Part shown: positions 25,240 through 38,476 of the stretch, one piece after another
Numbering within the stretch: the first letter of the stretch is position 1
Layout: each line of letters opens with the position of its first letter
Made by a program: the position numbers and the translations under genes
Notes under the pieces: generated by a model
What the model was told of the DNA's origin: nothing
Databases searched by the model: none
Seen by the model: only the letters and a program-made list of their open reading frames with translations
DNA from: Octopus sinensis
Lineage: Eukaryota
NCBI RefSeq assembly: GCF_006345805.1
Contig: NC_043006.1
Coordinates: 37,882,001 to 37,946,000, forward strand
Length of the DNA: 64,000 bases
Direction: 5' to 3'

Positions 25240-25680
25240 GTCCCTTGTGGTGATGGTGGGGAAGTGGATGTAGACAAAGGTGATGATGATGATGATGGTG
25301 GTGATGCCAATGATGACGACGACAAGGATGATGGTGTTGGTAGTGGCAATGATTATGATGATGAGGAGGAGGATCGTGATTAGGATGATTATAGTGATGG
25401 TGATAGCAATGGTAATGGTAGTGGTAATGGTGATGGTGATAATGATGATGGTGCTAATGATATCAATAAAGACAACAGTGCTGATGACGATGATGATAAT
25501 GGTGGTGGTGGTGGTGGTGGTGGTGGTAACCATAAAGTGGTGGTGGCCACAGCAGAGTAAGTGATCTTGAAATTGATAAGAAAATAGCAGTGGTGAAGGT
25601 GGCAAGGGCAGTGATGGTAGTCAAGATGGAGGTAAGAATATTGGTGGTGGCAGTGGTGGTCTTAGCAGTAGCTAACTTAT
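25240..25680 (+). repeat. (GAT/GGT)n low-complexity tract
   Basis: Degenerate trinucleotide repeat; source of the poly-M/V and poly-I/T ORFs. Confidence 0.9.
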
Positions 25681-26513
25681 TACAAGAAGGAGGAGGGAAA
25701 TGGTTTGCAATTTGGAGTAATGGAAGGATAAGAAATAAAACAATATGGCAGACAGGTTCATCAATCTACCTGTAACACTTTATCACATGCACACATAATG
25801 ATGATGATGAAGATACATTGGCAATCATTCAGTTATGAAGTTGAGGGTTCCAGCTGAATCGATCAATGTAACAGCCTCCTTGTGAAATTAATGTGCAAGT
25901 GGCTGAGCACTCCACAGATAGGTGTACCCTTAATGTAGGTCTTAGGGAGATTCGGCATGACACAGAGTGTGACAAGGCTGGCCCTTTTGAATTACAGGTA
26001 CAATTCATTTTTGCCAGCTGAGTGGACTGGAGCAACGTGAAATAAAGTGTCTTGCTCAAGGACACAACGCGATGCCAGGAATGGAACACACAACCTTACG
26101 ATTGTGAGCCAAATGCCCTAACCATTAAGCCATGCACACACATAGAATGTAAAGGAATAGGGACCTTATTAATTCATCATCATCATCATCATTTAATGTC
26201 CATTGTCCATGCTGGCATGGGCTGGACGGTTTGACCGGACTGGCACACTGGTAGGCTGCACCAGGCTCCGGTCTGATTTGGCATGCTTTTCTACAACTGG
26301 ATGCCATTCCTAATGCCAACCACTCTGAGAGTGTAATGGGTGCTATTACATGCCACTGGCACGGGTGCCATTTGCAAAAGTGTAATGGGTGCTTGTATGT
26401 GCCACTGGCATGGGTGCCATTTGCATGACACCGGTATCTGTCACGACTGCAATTTTACTTGGCTTGATGGGTCTTCTTCTCAAGCACGACATAATGCCAA
26501 AAGTCTCGGTCAT

Positions 26514-26675
26514 TGCCTCTAAGAGGTCCAACACTGAAAAAGAACTCAGCCACTTTGCCTCTATAAAGCCCAACACTCGAAAGGAACTCAGCCACTTTGC
26601 CTCCATGAGGCCCAATGCTCGAAAGAAACTCAGCCACTTTGCCTCCATGAGGCCCAATGCTCGAAAGGAACTCAG
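26514..26675. repeat. 42-bp minisatellite (~4 copies) inside a family D element
   Basis: aactcagccactttgcctc recurs at ~26543, 26585 and 26627, with a partial fourth unit at 26669. Confidence 0.9.
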
Positions 26676-26814
26676 GCACATAATCCAGATTTGGCTAACC
26701 ACATCAAATGATAGGGAGTATACAGAAATAAACAATTAAACAGTACTTCACTCGACAGGAAACGCCTGAGTTTGCTTCATTGGATTCCATGAAGCATACA
26801 GAGCATACGATGAA

Positions 26815-27078
26815 GACATCATACCAAAGAATGGAGAATTATACATCTTCAAAATTTGTTTATCATACTACAAATCTCATTAAATTCACATTAAATTCCA
26901 ATCCAACATGGGTAGCTGGACAGGTGTCATAATGTCCTTTGAAGTACATCATCCTTTGATGTACAATACCTACCCTACAGAAATGTGTGTCGGATTGGAA
27001 TTTAATGTGAATTTAATGGAAATAATATTGTAATAAACAAATTTTGAAGATGTATAATCCTCCATTCTTCATGATGTC
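26815..27078. mobile_element. MITE/fold-back with ~85-bp inverted arms
   Basis: aagaatggagaattatacatcttcaaaatttgtttat...cattaaattcacattaaattccaatcc is mirrored at 26988-27069. Confidence 0.8.
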
Positions 27079-27139
27079 ATGTATATACATACATGCACAC
27101 ACACACACACACACACACATGTATGTATATGTATAAATA

Positions 27140-27373
27140 CAGGGTTGGCCAAAATCACCTGACAGTAATCAAAACCATTTAATTCCAAGATTTATTTATG
27201 TTTAACAACTGAATGAATTTAATAAAAGCATCTATGAAACATCATGAAAATTGTTCAAACTGAAGTCCCCCCACCCCCGTGAGCAACACATTTTTCCATT
27301 TGAGTCAATACAGAATTACAGATAGCATTTATGGAATTTTGATTTACTGTTGGCTGACTTCTGGCCAACCCTG
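27140..27373. mobile_element. Tc1/mariner-type MITE
   Basis: TA-cagggttggcca ... tggccaaccctg-TA. Confidence 0.8.
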
Positions 27374-29537
27374 TATATATTTTTGAAAATCAGTGAATGT
27401 GTTTCACTGAATATATATAAAAATAAAACCTTCAAACAGACGGTCAATAGCGACCCCTGCTGGACTCGGCTGCTCCACATTGATTAGAGACAACTACCCA
27501 GAAATCGGTCTGTGGTTGCCAAGCCAGGAAGGGGAAGTTGATGACCTCTCCTGTTCGAAGGATTATTAGTCAACTGGTTAAGCAATTAACCTATTAACTA
27601 ATTGATTCCTTGATTAATAGTTCAATCAATTAATCAATTTATTAGTTTGTCAAAGTCTGTTGCTATTTGCAACTTCACTAATGATATGTTCAAGTTATTC
27701 TGCCCCAATGTCTATAAACTTTTATTGTTGCAATGAAACTCTGTGGATATGTGCAAGTGAGTGATTGAATGAGTGTGTACATCTATGGTACACTGTCCAT
27801 GAGCACACATGCACACACACACACATTTCCAGAAGCATAAACACCAAAGTTTGGAGACAAGACAGACCTAGAGTAATGAGATAATGTCATTTTTGAGGTG
27901 ATAAATGGTGACAAAGGACTGTGACAATCTGATTATTAAGTTGGTTAATAAAAAGGGTTTTAAAATTTTGGCACAAGGCCAGCAAATTTAGCAGGGGAGG
28001 ATTAATAGGTACCAGCAATCCGAGTACTTGAGTTGTACTTTATTTTATTGAACATGGAGGGATGAAAGATAAAAAGAAGACCCTGGTGGGATTTGAACTC
28101 AGAATATAAAGCTGGAAGAACTGCCACTGAACATTTTGTCTAACTAGTTAATGATTCTGCCAGCTCACCACTTTAAATGGTCTAATGATAATCAAAGAAG
28201 TGAAAGAGAACCAGTGTGTGTGTGTCTTATAGACAAAAATGACCCTCCCAAGATAGATAATTATTATTAAATGGCTTTTTTTTTCCAAGCTGGCATGGGT
28301 TGGATGGTTAGACAGGATCCAATGGGCCACAAGACAGTGTAAAACCTCAGTCAGCTTTGGCATGGTTTCTTGAGCTGAACACCATTCCAAAATGCCATCC
28401 ATGTTCCAGTTGGTACCAACCATTTTTCTGTAACAACAAAACACCTTTATATTTCTATGATGGCATGGGTTAGGCAGATCTGATTTAACACAACATTTCA
28501 CCACTCATTACAATTCATCTTTTGGGAAATTCAATATAACTAAAATTGGAACCCACAACTTTTTCCATGATCTTTCTTTGAATCAATTCACACTTTTCTG
28601 CCCAACTATTATTCTTTATATGCACCATATACCTGTAGAAACACTGCCTTTATATTTTGAACACTATAACTTAATCTTCTAATGCTTGGTTATTCTCTCA
28701 TCTCACCTGTTAAAAAAGTTTAAAGATCTTTTCAGAGTTATATAAACCCATAGGGCCAGTCCCCTGGTTTCCAAGGCACATATACTCCCCACTGGATGGG
28801 ATATCAATCTATTGCAGGATTATTCATTCTACCAGGTGAAAGGACTGGAGCAATGTAAAATAAATTGTTTCTCTCAAGAACAAATTGCATTGCCTGGTCC
28901 AGGAACTGAAATCACAATCTTACGATCACGACTCCAACACCTTAAACCAGTAAGCCATGCACCTCCACCATCTTGCCTGTGATCTGTCATGTATGCATAC
29001 AAACATTGTATTTCTAGTGGAGTATAATGTCTTCCAACCTTCCTGTATCTTTTACATTTAAATCCTGTCTTACTACTCTGTTGTATTATACCTTACATAT
29101 ATGTATTATATAATTTGATCTTTGTTCAGAGAGAGAGAGAGACGTTCTTTAATTCTGACAGAAGCAATAAGTTTTGAAAGCCAGCGATTCTATGTTATAC
29201 AACATTACAACTTGTAATTGTATATTTAGGTGTTTGATCTTGTTTAATTCTTTTTGTAGGACAGCCATACATCTCCATTCATAAATTTCTTTTATGGAGT
29301 CTTTCATATAACTAATCATATTTTCATTTTCTGTTTGTAATGAGTTACTCTTATTGTAATAGGAAACCTATTATTTTCAACACTGTTAATTTAATAACCA
29401 AATGTTTTTTAACATTGGTGTTATGAAATGAAAACAATACTCCAGAGCAATTACAAATCCTTTACGTGTTTGTTTTAGTTATGTGTTCTCTTGAGAAAAT
29501 TAATGTTAAAGTGGCGATTTTTTAAAAAATCGGGAGA

Positions 29538-29964
29538 AGTATGCAGTAATATATATCTGGAAGGAATTGTGCCAAATTTTGGCACTGAAAGCTGCACCAA
29601 TGCCAGAACGGGACGATACTGTATAGTGCCAAAGATCACAGCAATGCCATCACGCTTCAGGACCAGTTACTGCAGTAGGCTGGGTTTCAAGGGCCCATAG
29701 CTTTTTAATATTCTCCCAAAGAGTCTGAGGAACTTGCACAAAGTAGATGTAGGGGATTTTAAATCAAAGCTGGACCTCTTCCTGTTGAGAGTCCCAGATG
29801 AACCTACCTCATGGCAAGAGGTGCAAATGAGGGTAGCTATATCAAACTCCATTCCTCACCAAGTTCCACATATTAGAGGAGGCTCTTAGTAGTAACAGTG
29901 TAGCAAAATGGCGGTGCATCAGCATGGCCGCAGCTCTGAGCTGAAACTAGAGAGAAAAAAAAAA
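29538..29964 (+). mobile_element. 3' end of a CR1/L2-group LINE (family 1)
   Basis: EGIVPNFG..GRYCIVPKI..RFRTSYCSRLGFKGP*LFNILPKSLRNL..VGDFKSKLDLFLLRVPDEP..R.AISNSI.HQ, one in-frame stop, then a short 3'UTR and an A-rich tail. Confidence 0.8.
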
Positions 29965-31081
29965 TTATGTTTTTTATTATCCCTTTCAGACAGTGGTTCT
30001 CAACTGGGGTCCATATAAGATTTTCTTGTTAGAGTTTATGAGCAATATAAACTGGTGATATTTCTACAATATAAAAGTGATGAGCTGGCAGAATCGTTAG
30101 CACACTGACCAAAGTGCTTAGCAGTATTTCATCTGCCGCTACATTCTGGGTTCAAATTCTGCTGAGGTTGACTTTGCCTTTCATCCTTTTGGGATCAATG
30201 AAATAAGTACGAGTTACACACTGGGGTCAATATAATCGACTAGCCCCCATCCCACCTAATTTTCAAGGCCTTGTGCATAGAGTAGAAATATATTTCTACA
30301 ATGCATAAAATATTTTAACAATTATTTGAATATAATTTCTAATGATATTTGATTCTCATAATACAATTGGATTTTTTAAAGTCCATGTGAGTGAAATAGG
30401 AATTAAAGGAATCCAAAGATAAAGAAAAATGGTTGAGAACTACAGCTTTAAAAAATATAAAAATGATCTTCTCTCTCACCTCTTTCAAAGCCAACAGAGG
30501 TAGCCATGTATGTCTGTAGCTATGAATCTCCCTTACAGTAAAACATCTGTTTCTGATCCCTATCCTTCTTGAACCTCTGATCACTGGCATAAAACCACTT
30601 CTCTCAATACTACTTTACCCCTGCCACACCCTCATTTGAGGGGTCTTGTCTTGCAAATTACATGGGTGACATATTATCACTGCTAGTGCCACATCAAAAG
30701 AAGCTGGTACACTCTGTAAAGTGGTCAGCATGGAAAACAGATGTTAAATGATAACGATGACAACCATGACGATGATGAGCCTTAGATCATCATCATCATC
30801 ATCATTAAACACACCTAAGATTTGTCAACTTCAAAAAAAAAAAAAAGCAAAATGCTTTCTCTTAATCATATATCATCTAGCATAATGTTAAAACTATTTG
30901 ATGAAATAAGAAATATTTTAATGTAAATTGCATAAATATACCATCATCATCATCATTTAATGTTTGTTGCCGGACTGGCAGACTGGGAGGCTGCACCAGA
31001 CTACAGTCTGATTTGGCATGGTTTTCTATGGCTGGATGCCCTTCCTAATGCCAACCACTCCAAGAGTGTAATGGGTGTTTT

Positions 31082-31296
31082 GATGCAGATTCCCTGTTCG
31101 ACTTTCTCTGTCATGGTCAATGCGACACTCATGTGCTGCACACCTTCCTTCCAAGCATTGCTGTAAACAGCAGAAGTGAGCTAGAACATTAAAACTTAGT
31201 GCACATGCACAGCAAAGTTCAAGGTCAATCTTTGCCAAGCAGCGTCACTCTGAGTGCTTTAGCTTCGTTACTATGGCAACAATCCGTATACTTACT
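31082..31296 (-). mobile_element. Mariner left end with transposase start
   Basis: Minus reads MTEKVEQGICI; homologous to 47030-47372. Confidence 0.65.
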
Positions 31297-31664
31297 AATC
31301 AGACTTATATATATATATATATATATAAAATGCATATGAGAGTGGGAGAGTTTCAAATGTTTCAACCAATCAATGGAGCGTGTTGATGTGATTTGTTGAA
31401 AACAAAACAGGATGTTGTGTTCACATGATGATGAAGAACCAATATGCAAGAGCAGTGAACTGGCAAAACACGGATCAAATGATGCTGAGGACAATGTTTT
31501 GAATTACTCAGAATAAAGCACTGTAATCTCTCATCCTAAGAAACTGAATGTATTTACAGAACATTAGCATTTAAGTTGCAGCAGAAAACAAAACAAAAAA
31601 AAAAAGAAAACTAAAAACAGGGCAATGAACTTGTTAAATAATAATAATAATAATGATAATAGTG

Positions 31665-31705
<41 letters not shown>

Positions 31706-32619
31706 TGAAAAGAACGATAAACTTGTGAAATGGTGATGATAATAAGAAATTATAGATCTGAGGGGAGTGATACAAACAGTGTGTTGTCAGTATCTTGTTT
31801 ATAAGATGCAAATAAAGTAAACATGGAAGAATCGATGTGGGGAAAGGAAATGAGTGGAAGAAAGGTGAGAGAGGGTGGGGAAAGGAGAGAGAGAACAGAA
31901 AAAATCCGTGTATATTATGCACAGATGTATTTATAAAGAAAAGTGGGGGGATCTACAGGAACATGAAAAATAAATGATGCAAGCAAAAGAGAAATATAGC
32001 TAGTGTATACAGGTACACACAGACACACACACACATGTATGTACGTATATATATATAAATATAAAGAGAGAGAGAGGTGGGTATGATAGATAAATATAAA
32101 GGTAGATATGTAGACAGGTAGATAGATAAGAAGGCAGGTAAGAAGACAGGTAGGTGGGTAGGTAGTTGGATAGGTAGAAAGACAGACAGATTGACGTGGT
32201 GAGAAGCTTACTTTCAAACCACATGTTTCCGGGTTCAGTTCTACTGCATAGCACACTGAGCAAGTGTCTTCTACTATAGCCTCGAGCTGACCAAAGCCTT
32301 GAGAGTGGATCTGGTAGATGGAAACTGGAATAAGTCCATCATATGTATATATATATGCACACACATATATGTATGTATATATTTGTTGTCTGTGTTTGTT
32401 CCCCCACCATTTCTTGACAACTTATGTTGGTGTGCTTATGTCCCCGTAACTTAGCAGTTCAGCAAAAAAGACTAATAAAATAAGTACAAGGCTTCCAAAG
32501 ATTAAATCCTGGGGTAGATTAGTTTGACAAAAGGCGGTGCTCCAGCATGGCTGCAGTCAAATGACTGAAACAAGTAAAAGAAAAAGAAAAATTATAAAAA
32601 AATAGATATTTAGACAGGT

Positions 32620-32671
32620 AAATAGACAAACAAAAATAGACAGACAAAAAGAGATCGACGGACGGACAGAG

Positions 32672-32705
<34 letters not shown>

Positions 32706-33075
32706 GTAGAAGGTAGATGGATAGATAGGTAGATGGATAGATAGATAGATAGATAGACAGGTAGATGGATGGATGAATCGATCGATCGATTGACAGACAA
32801 ACAGATAGCTAGAAATATAGATGATGGATGGATGGATGGATGGATGGATGGACGGACAGACAGACAGACAGCTGGACGGATTGATGGACAGACAGACAGA
32901 CAGCTAGATGGATGGATGGATGGACAAATAGCTAGATAGATGGGCAAACAGACAGACAGAGATAGACAGAAAGATAGATAGACATACAGACAGATGGGCA
33001 TACAGAGGGACAGACAGAGGGATGAAAAATAGATAGACAGACAGATAGATAAACAGATGGATGGATAGGTAGGGA
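32620..33075. repeat. Compound (GATA/GACA/GGAT)n tract
   Basis: Tetranucleotide mosaic. Confidence 0.9.
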
Positions 33076-33885
33076 TGTTTAATGGCGATGCTGCAACAAA
33101 TCTCCTCTATCAACAAAGTTTCATGTGACTTCAATAAGAGCAACTGTATCCTTAGGCAAGACACACAGTTCTGCCTAGATTTAATCAGATGTAGGTCATT
33201 TCCTCCATCTCCTATTATTCCTAAGAGAAATGTAAACAAGATAAGTTTGGATGGAGATTAGAACAAGCTTGAAGTCATCTGTGTCGGCCTTGACCTCTCT
33301 ATTTCCCTCTCTCCACACACACATCATATCACATTTTTTTAATCTTTGCATCACACATTCATGTATATCGCTTCACAAATCATCACATACATCTATACCA
33401 ATGCAACAAACACATTCATAAATACCTACACACACATACACACACCACCACACAGATTCATACCCAACTAACACATAGCAGTAAATAGCTACACACACAC
33501 ACACATATCAGATACATCAATACCCTAGCCACATGTGTACTCACAATTGCCCACCACCATCACTGCCACTGCACCCAAGCACCTGTACGTGCACACTTTC
33601 ATAGGTATCTGCATGCAGGCATGTGAATATCACATGCAAAATCATTGAAACGTATTCCAACAGACAGACATGCACACTCATTTGTACATACATACACACA
33701 CATACACACGCACACATACACACACACAAACACACTCATTCAAGTGTACTAACACATACTCAGGTACCTACAAACACACATACACACACACACATTCACT
33801 TGCACCAACACATATTCATATACCTATACACTATACATATAAACACACACATGCACGTGTACCTGAATACACACACAGAAACACG

Positions 33886-33948
<63 letters not shown>

Positions 33949-34149
33949 ACACACAAGCACTCCCAAGGCAAAACAGTATTTTCCATATGGCTGCACAACC
34001 TACAAAGCCATCTTACAAAACTGGAAGGTCACATTGGATGCTGCTGTACTGGATGCTACCTGACAAAAATACAGGATGGCCACAGTTGGAATGCCTTTTA
34101 TCATAATAGTTAGGGCTGATCTAGAGCTGAGAAACTACAGCATCTATAC

Positions 34150-34735
34150 GTACTGAATTAAATCAAAAGTCATGAAATGTTTTTGTAATTTGTTTGGTTT
34201 ATTCATGAAGTTAGAACAAAAGCAGACCTGCATTCAAAGTAGGGGCCATTGTGTTGCACCATTTAAAGCCACCTTTCTGCCAGTTCTTTGACCCCATGTT
34301 GATGCCAGTTCTTGTCCTTCAAAGTGAAGGACTCCTTCACTGACGCTCCCACCTCATCTTGGTTGATGAAGAGTCATGAGTGCAGTAAGTGAGCCATGGT
34401 TCAGAACAAGTCATAATCTAAGGGAGTTAGGCCCAGACAATTTGCTGGATGTGGCATCAGCTTGATTTCCTCAAATTCCTTAGTTTAGTCCGGGTCAGTT
34501 GAGTGGTATGAAGTCTTGTGTTGTCTTGCTGTAGAAGAGCTCACTTTCTGTTAACCAATGCTGGGTATGTTTGCTGCACAATGGCATACATCTGCTCCAG
34601 CTGTTTGGAGAACAGGTTGGCATAAATGGTTCAAATGTTTGGAATGCCAAACACACAGCTTCACCTTGTGTTTGAAACACCCGTTTGGCAACAGTTTCTA
34701 TAAGCTGGCCCTTGTTCAGTCACTGATAATGCACA
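34150..34735 (-). pseudogene. Degenerate mariner transposase remnant
   Basis: Minus reads LLQQDNTRLHTTQLT..KL, then after a frameshift PHPANCLGLTPLDYDLF (compare mariner HDNA.PHT and PHPPYSPDLAPSDY.LF). Confidence 0.75.
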
Positions 34736-34847
34736 TGTTAGGACTGCGGATAAAAGTATTTGCTTCATGAGGGAAATATTTATTTTATATCTAGGCGTGT
34801 ATCTGTCACTCTCTTTGTCTATCTCTCCCCCCTCTCTCTCACTCTTT

Positions 34848-34892
<45 letters not shown>

Positions 34893-34985
34893 TGACTGAT
34901 TATATAATCAGTGATAATCAGTGCATAATCAGTGACTGAGCAAGGGCCAGCTTATAGAAACTGTTGCCAAACGGGTGTTTCAAAC

Positions 34986-35023
<38 letters not shown>

Positions 35024-35383
35024 GTATGTAAAACAATAGGTGCAGCTGTGTGGTTAGAAGCTTGCTTCCCAACCACATGGTTCTGGGTTCAGTCCCACTG
35101 CATGGCAACTCAGGTAAGTCTCTTCTACTATAACTTCAGGCTGACCAAAGCCTTGTGAGTGGATTTTGTAGACAGAAACTACAAGAAGCCTGTCATATAT
35201 ATATATATATATATATGTAAGCACCCACTACACTCTCGGAGTGGTTGGCATTAGGAAGGGCATCCAGCTGTAGAAACTCTGCCAGACCAAGATTGGAGCC
35301 TGGTGCAGCCATCTGGTTCACCATTCTTCAGTCAAATCGTCCAACCCATGCTAACATGGAAAGCAGACATTAAATGATGATGA

Positions 35384-35420
<37 letters not shown>

Positions 35421-36237
35421 TTATCTAAGCTACCGACAAGTACTTTCTGATAACTCAGATTTTCTATTATTAATATTCCTGTCTTTCTGTATGAAACAAA
35501 TTGTATAGCAACATCTGTAATAAAAACTAGAATCCATTTTAACATCTAATCTCCTCCATTTACAAGAATATGAATGAATTTGTTGAACTGTGTTTAATAA
35601 GTTAAATCATATACTTAACATTTCTATAAAGCTTTTATATATACACTAATTTACACTAGTAAATGCAAAAATAAAGTAGGAAAAATAACGTCAGAAATCT
35701 TTGGAAAATACTTCAATGAAAGGACAAACTCACATTCAACCCTTTAATACATATATATATATATATATATCATGTTGGGCCTCACAGAGGCGATGACAAG
35801 CAACCAAGACCTTTGGAATATGCTGTGCTTGAGAAGACCCGGCAAACCAAGTAAGACCATAACCATGGCCTATGCCAGTGTAGCATAACTGGCCCATTTA
35901 AGAGTACCCTTCAATCATTGGGCAATAAACTGTGCTTGAGAAGACCTGTTGCGTCCAGTGAAATCATTGTTGTGGCTCCCGTGCTGGTGGCATGTAAAAA
36001 GCACCATTCAAGCTTGGTCAATGCCAGTACTACCTGACTGGCCCTCATGCCGGTGGCATGTAAAAAGCACCCACTACACTCTTGGAGTGGTTGCCAGATC
36101 AGATTGGGGCCTGGTGCAGCTTCCTGGCTTGCCAGTCCTCAGTTAAACCACCCAACCCATGCCAGCAGATGTTAAACGACAACGATGATGATGATGGTGG
36201 TGATGATAAAAAGTATATATAATATATAGACTTATAT

Positions 36238-36279
<42 letters not shown>

Positions 36280-37611
36280 TTATGTATTTGTATGTCAGTG
36301 TTAGTCCCCCACGATCGCTTGACAACTGATGTTGATTTGTTTACATCCCTGTAACTCAGTGGTTTAGCAAAGAGTCTGACAGAATAAGTACTAGGCTTAC
36401 AAAGAATAAGTCCTGGGGGGTCGATTTGTTCGACTAAAGGCGGCGCTCCAGCATGGCCGCAGTCAAACTACTGAAACAAGTAAAAGAATAAAAGCAAAAG
36501 GAAATAAATTGCTATATACAATTGTTTATCAACTTTCCAATCTACACACCTACCTTTGTTTCAGTGAGTTAACGAATCTATTAACACACACAATACGTTA
36601 TCAATTATTCAATCTTCCCAACAAGCTATATACCAACTAAACCAGTGCTCTAAACAAACATGCACACATATTATATATATATATATATCCTTCTTCCCTT
36701 CTTTCCTGAGCGTCCAATAATACTTTATTTGTTCCACATCCTTGCGTTGTTGTCTTTTTGTTTTCTTGTTTGGATTAACTTTATATATATATATTATATA
36801 TATATATATATATATACAGATATGCACACATATAATTCAATATATGCACACAATTATTTATCAATTTATCACATTATAAATCTACCCACCTAGATATCGA
36901 TATATCTACATAGGTATTAATTAATTTATCTATCTATTGATATACAATTATTTATCAACTTGCAAATATACCTACCTACCTATCTACCTCCCTACCTACC
37001 TGCCTGCCTATCTACTTGTCTACCAACCAGACCATATGTAATCAATTAATTAAATGAGCCAATGAGAGAGCTCCTATGTGATTGACTCCTCAACCTAGTA
37101 AAAATAATAGCAAACCTTCTTCAAATCACACCCTACATTCCTAAAAACGGAAAGGTGCAAAAGACAACACAGTTAGAAATATACAAAAATATGGATAGTC
37201 ATGGTTGGCATGTCTTTTCATTATAGGTCTGCTTAATTAGGATGACCTAGGGTTAAATAACAGCTTTAATCTAGTATTCAATCTATTTACCTATTGATTA
37301 ATTTTATTACTTTTATTTAATATTTATTTTGTTTCTTCACTTATCTTTTACTTTTTACTTGTTTCACTCATTGGACTGTGGCCATGCTGGGGATGTAAAC
37401 ACACCAAGACCAGTTGTCAAACGATGGTGGGGAGACAAGCACAAACACAGAAACATACACACATGCATATATATATATATATAACCAAAAAATAAGCAAC
37501 AAGAATGGATCCGGTAATTTAGTACAATTGTTTCATACTATAACAATTTATTAAAGCTGCAAATATTACAGCAAATATAATATGTCAAGTACTCTTCAGG
37601 TAATTTCATAT

Positions 37612-37850
37612 CGGTTTTCCAATAGTGTAAAGTTCTCAAATCAATTAGTAACATCTTAGAGAGTGTAAATATACCGATAAAGTTGTAGATGTGAGTTCCA
37701 GGAATTTGAAGCAAGATGCCAAGCAAACCATATATGCTTTCCAACAATGTAAAGTTCTCAAATTAATTAGTGACATCCCAGAGAAGGTAAATATACTCAT
37801 AAAGTTGTGAATATAAATTTCAGGAAACATGAAGAAAGATGCCAGTCAGA
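37612..37850. repeat. Diverged ~123-bp tandem duplication
   Basis: ttccaa.a.tgtaaagttctcaaat.aattagt.acatc...ataaagttgt...caggaa...aagatgcca occurs twice. Confidence 0.85.
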
Positions 37851-38111
37851 CCACAAATAAGTTCGCATCTAACTGTTGCAAGAAAATTTATATATATATA
37901 TATATATATATATATGGATATAAATACAAATACAGATTAGTGGTACAACAAAGCACCAATATTTACTGGAAATAGCAGTCAATACATTTATGATGCTATA
38001 GTAAAGCTTCACTGCGTATATACTGGTAAAGATGTATGAGTGCAACAAACATGAAAAATTAGTCTTACCTCTAGGAAGAACATTCAATAAATGGACAACC
38101 CAGAATCGGAT

Positions 38112-38186
38112 AATGCAGTACCTAGGTTTCAGACTCTTCAAATGCATTTGTCAACGTAAATTTGATCAGTCTTCATCAGCTGCATT
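38112..38186 (-). ncRNA. Minimal type I hammerhead ribozyme with intact core
   Basis: On minus: aatgcag CTGATGA agact [loop with tcaaat/atttga pairing] agtct GAAA c ctag g TA ctgcatt. 7-bp stem I, 5-bp stem II, palindromic stem III ACCUAGGU, GUA cleavage triplet. Confidence 0.8.
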
Positions 38187-38476
38187 TACCTAGACAATAT
38201 TTCAAACTATTTCACTGTTCTCATTCTGTTACTGGCTAAGCGTTCAGGCGAGTGTACTGGCATTGATGTAGCAACATTTGAAATATTGTCAACAAATATG
38301 TTGAACAATTGTTGTCACATGTAGGACAAATCTGACCATTAGCAGAGTCCATCATGAAGATTGCTCACCACCTGTCTTTCTTCTTGTGGTTATGGCACAA
38401 GAAAGAGAGAGAGGAAAGAATGAGAGCAATTCAATTTAGTTCTATATTTAAGAGATGAGGAATTATGTACATTATT

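Noticed and set aside
37538-37830. LRR-like reading of the 123-bp duplication
   Set aside because: Frame shifts between the two units and no proper LxxLxLxxN pattern.
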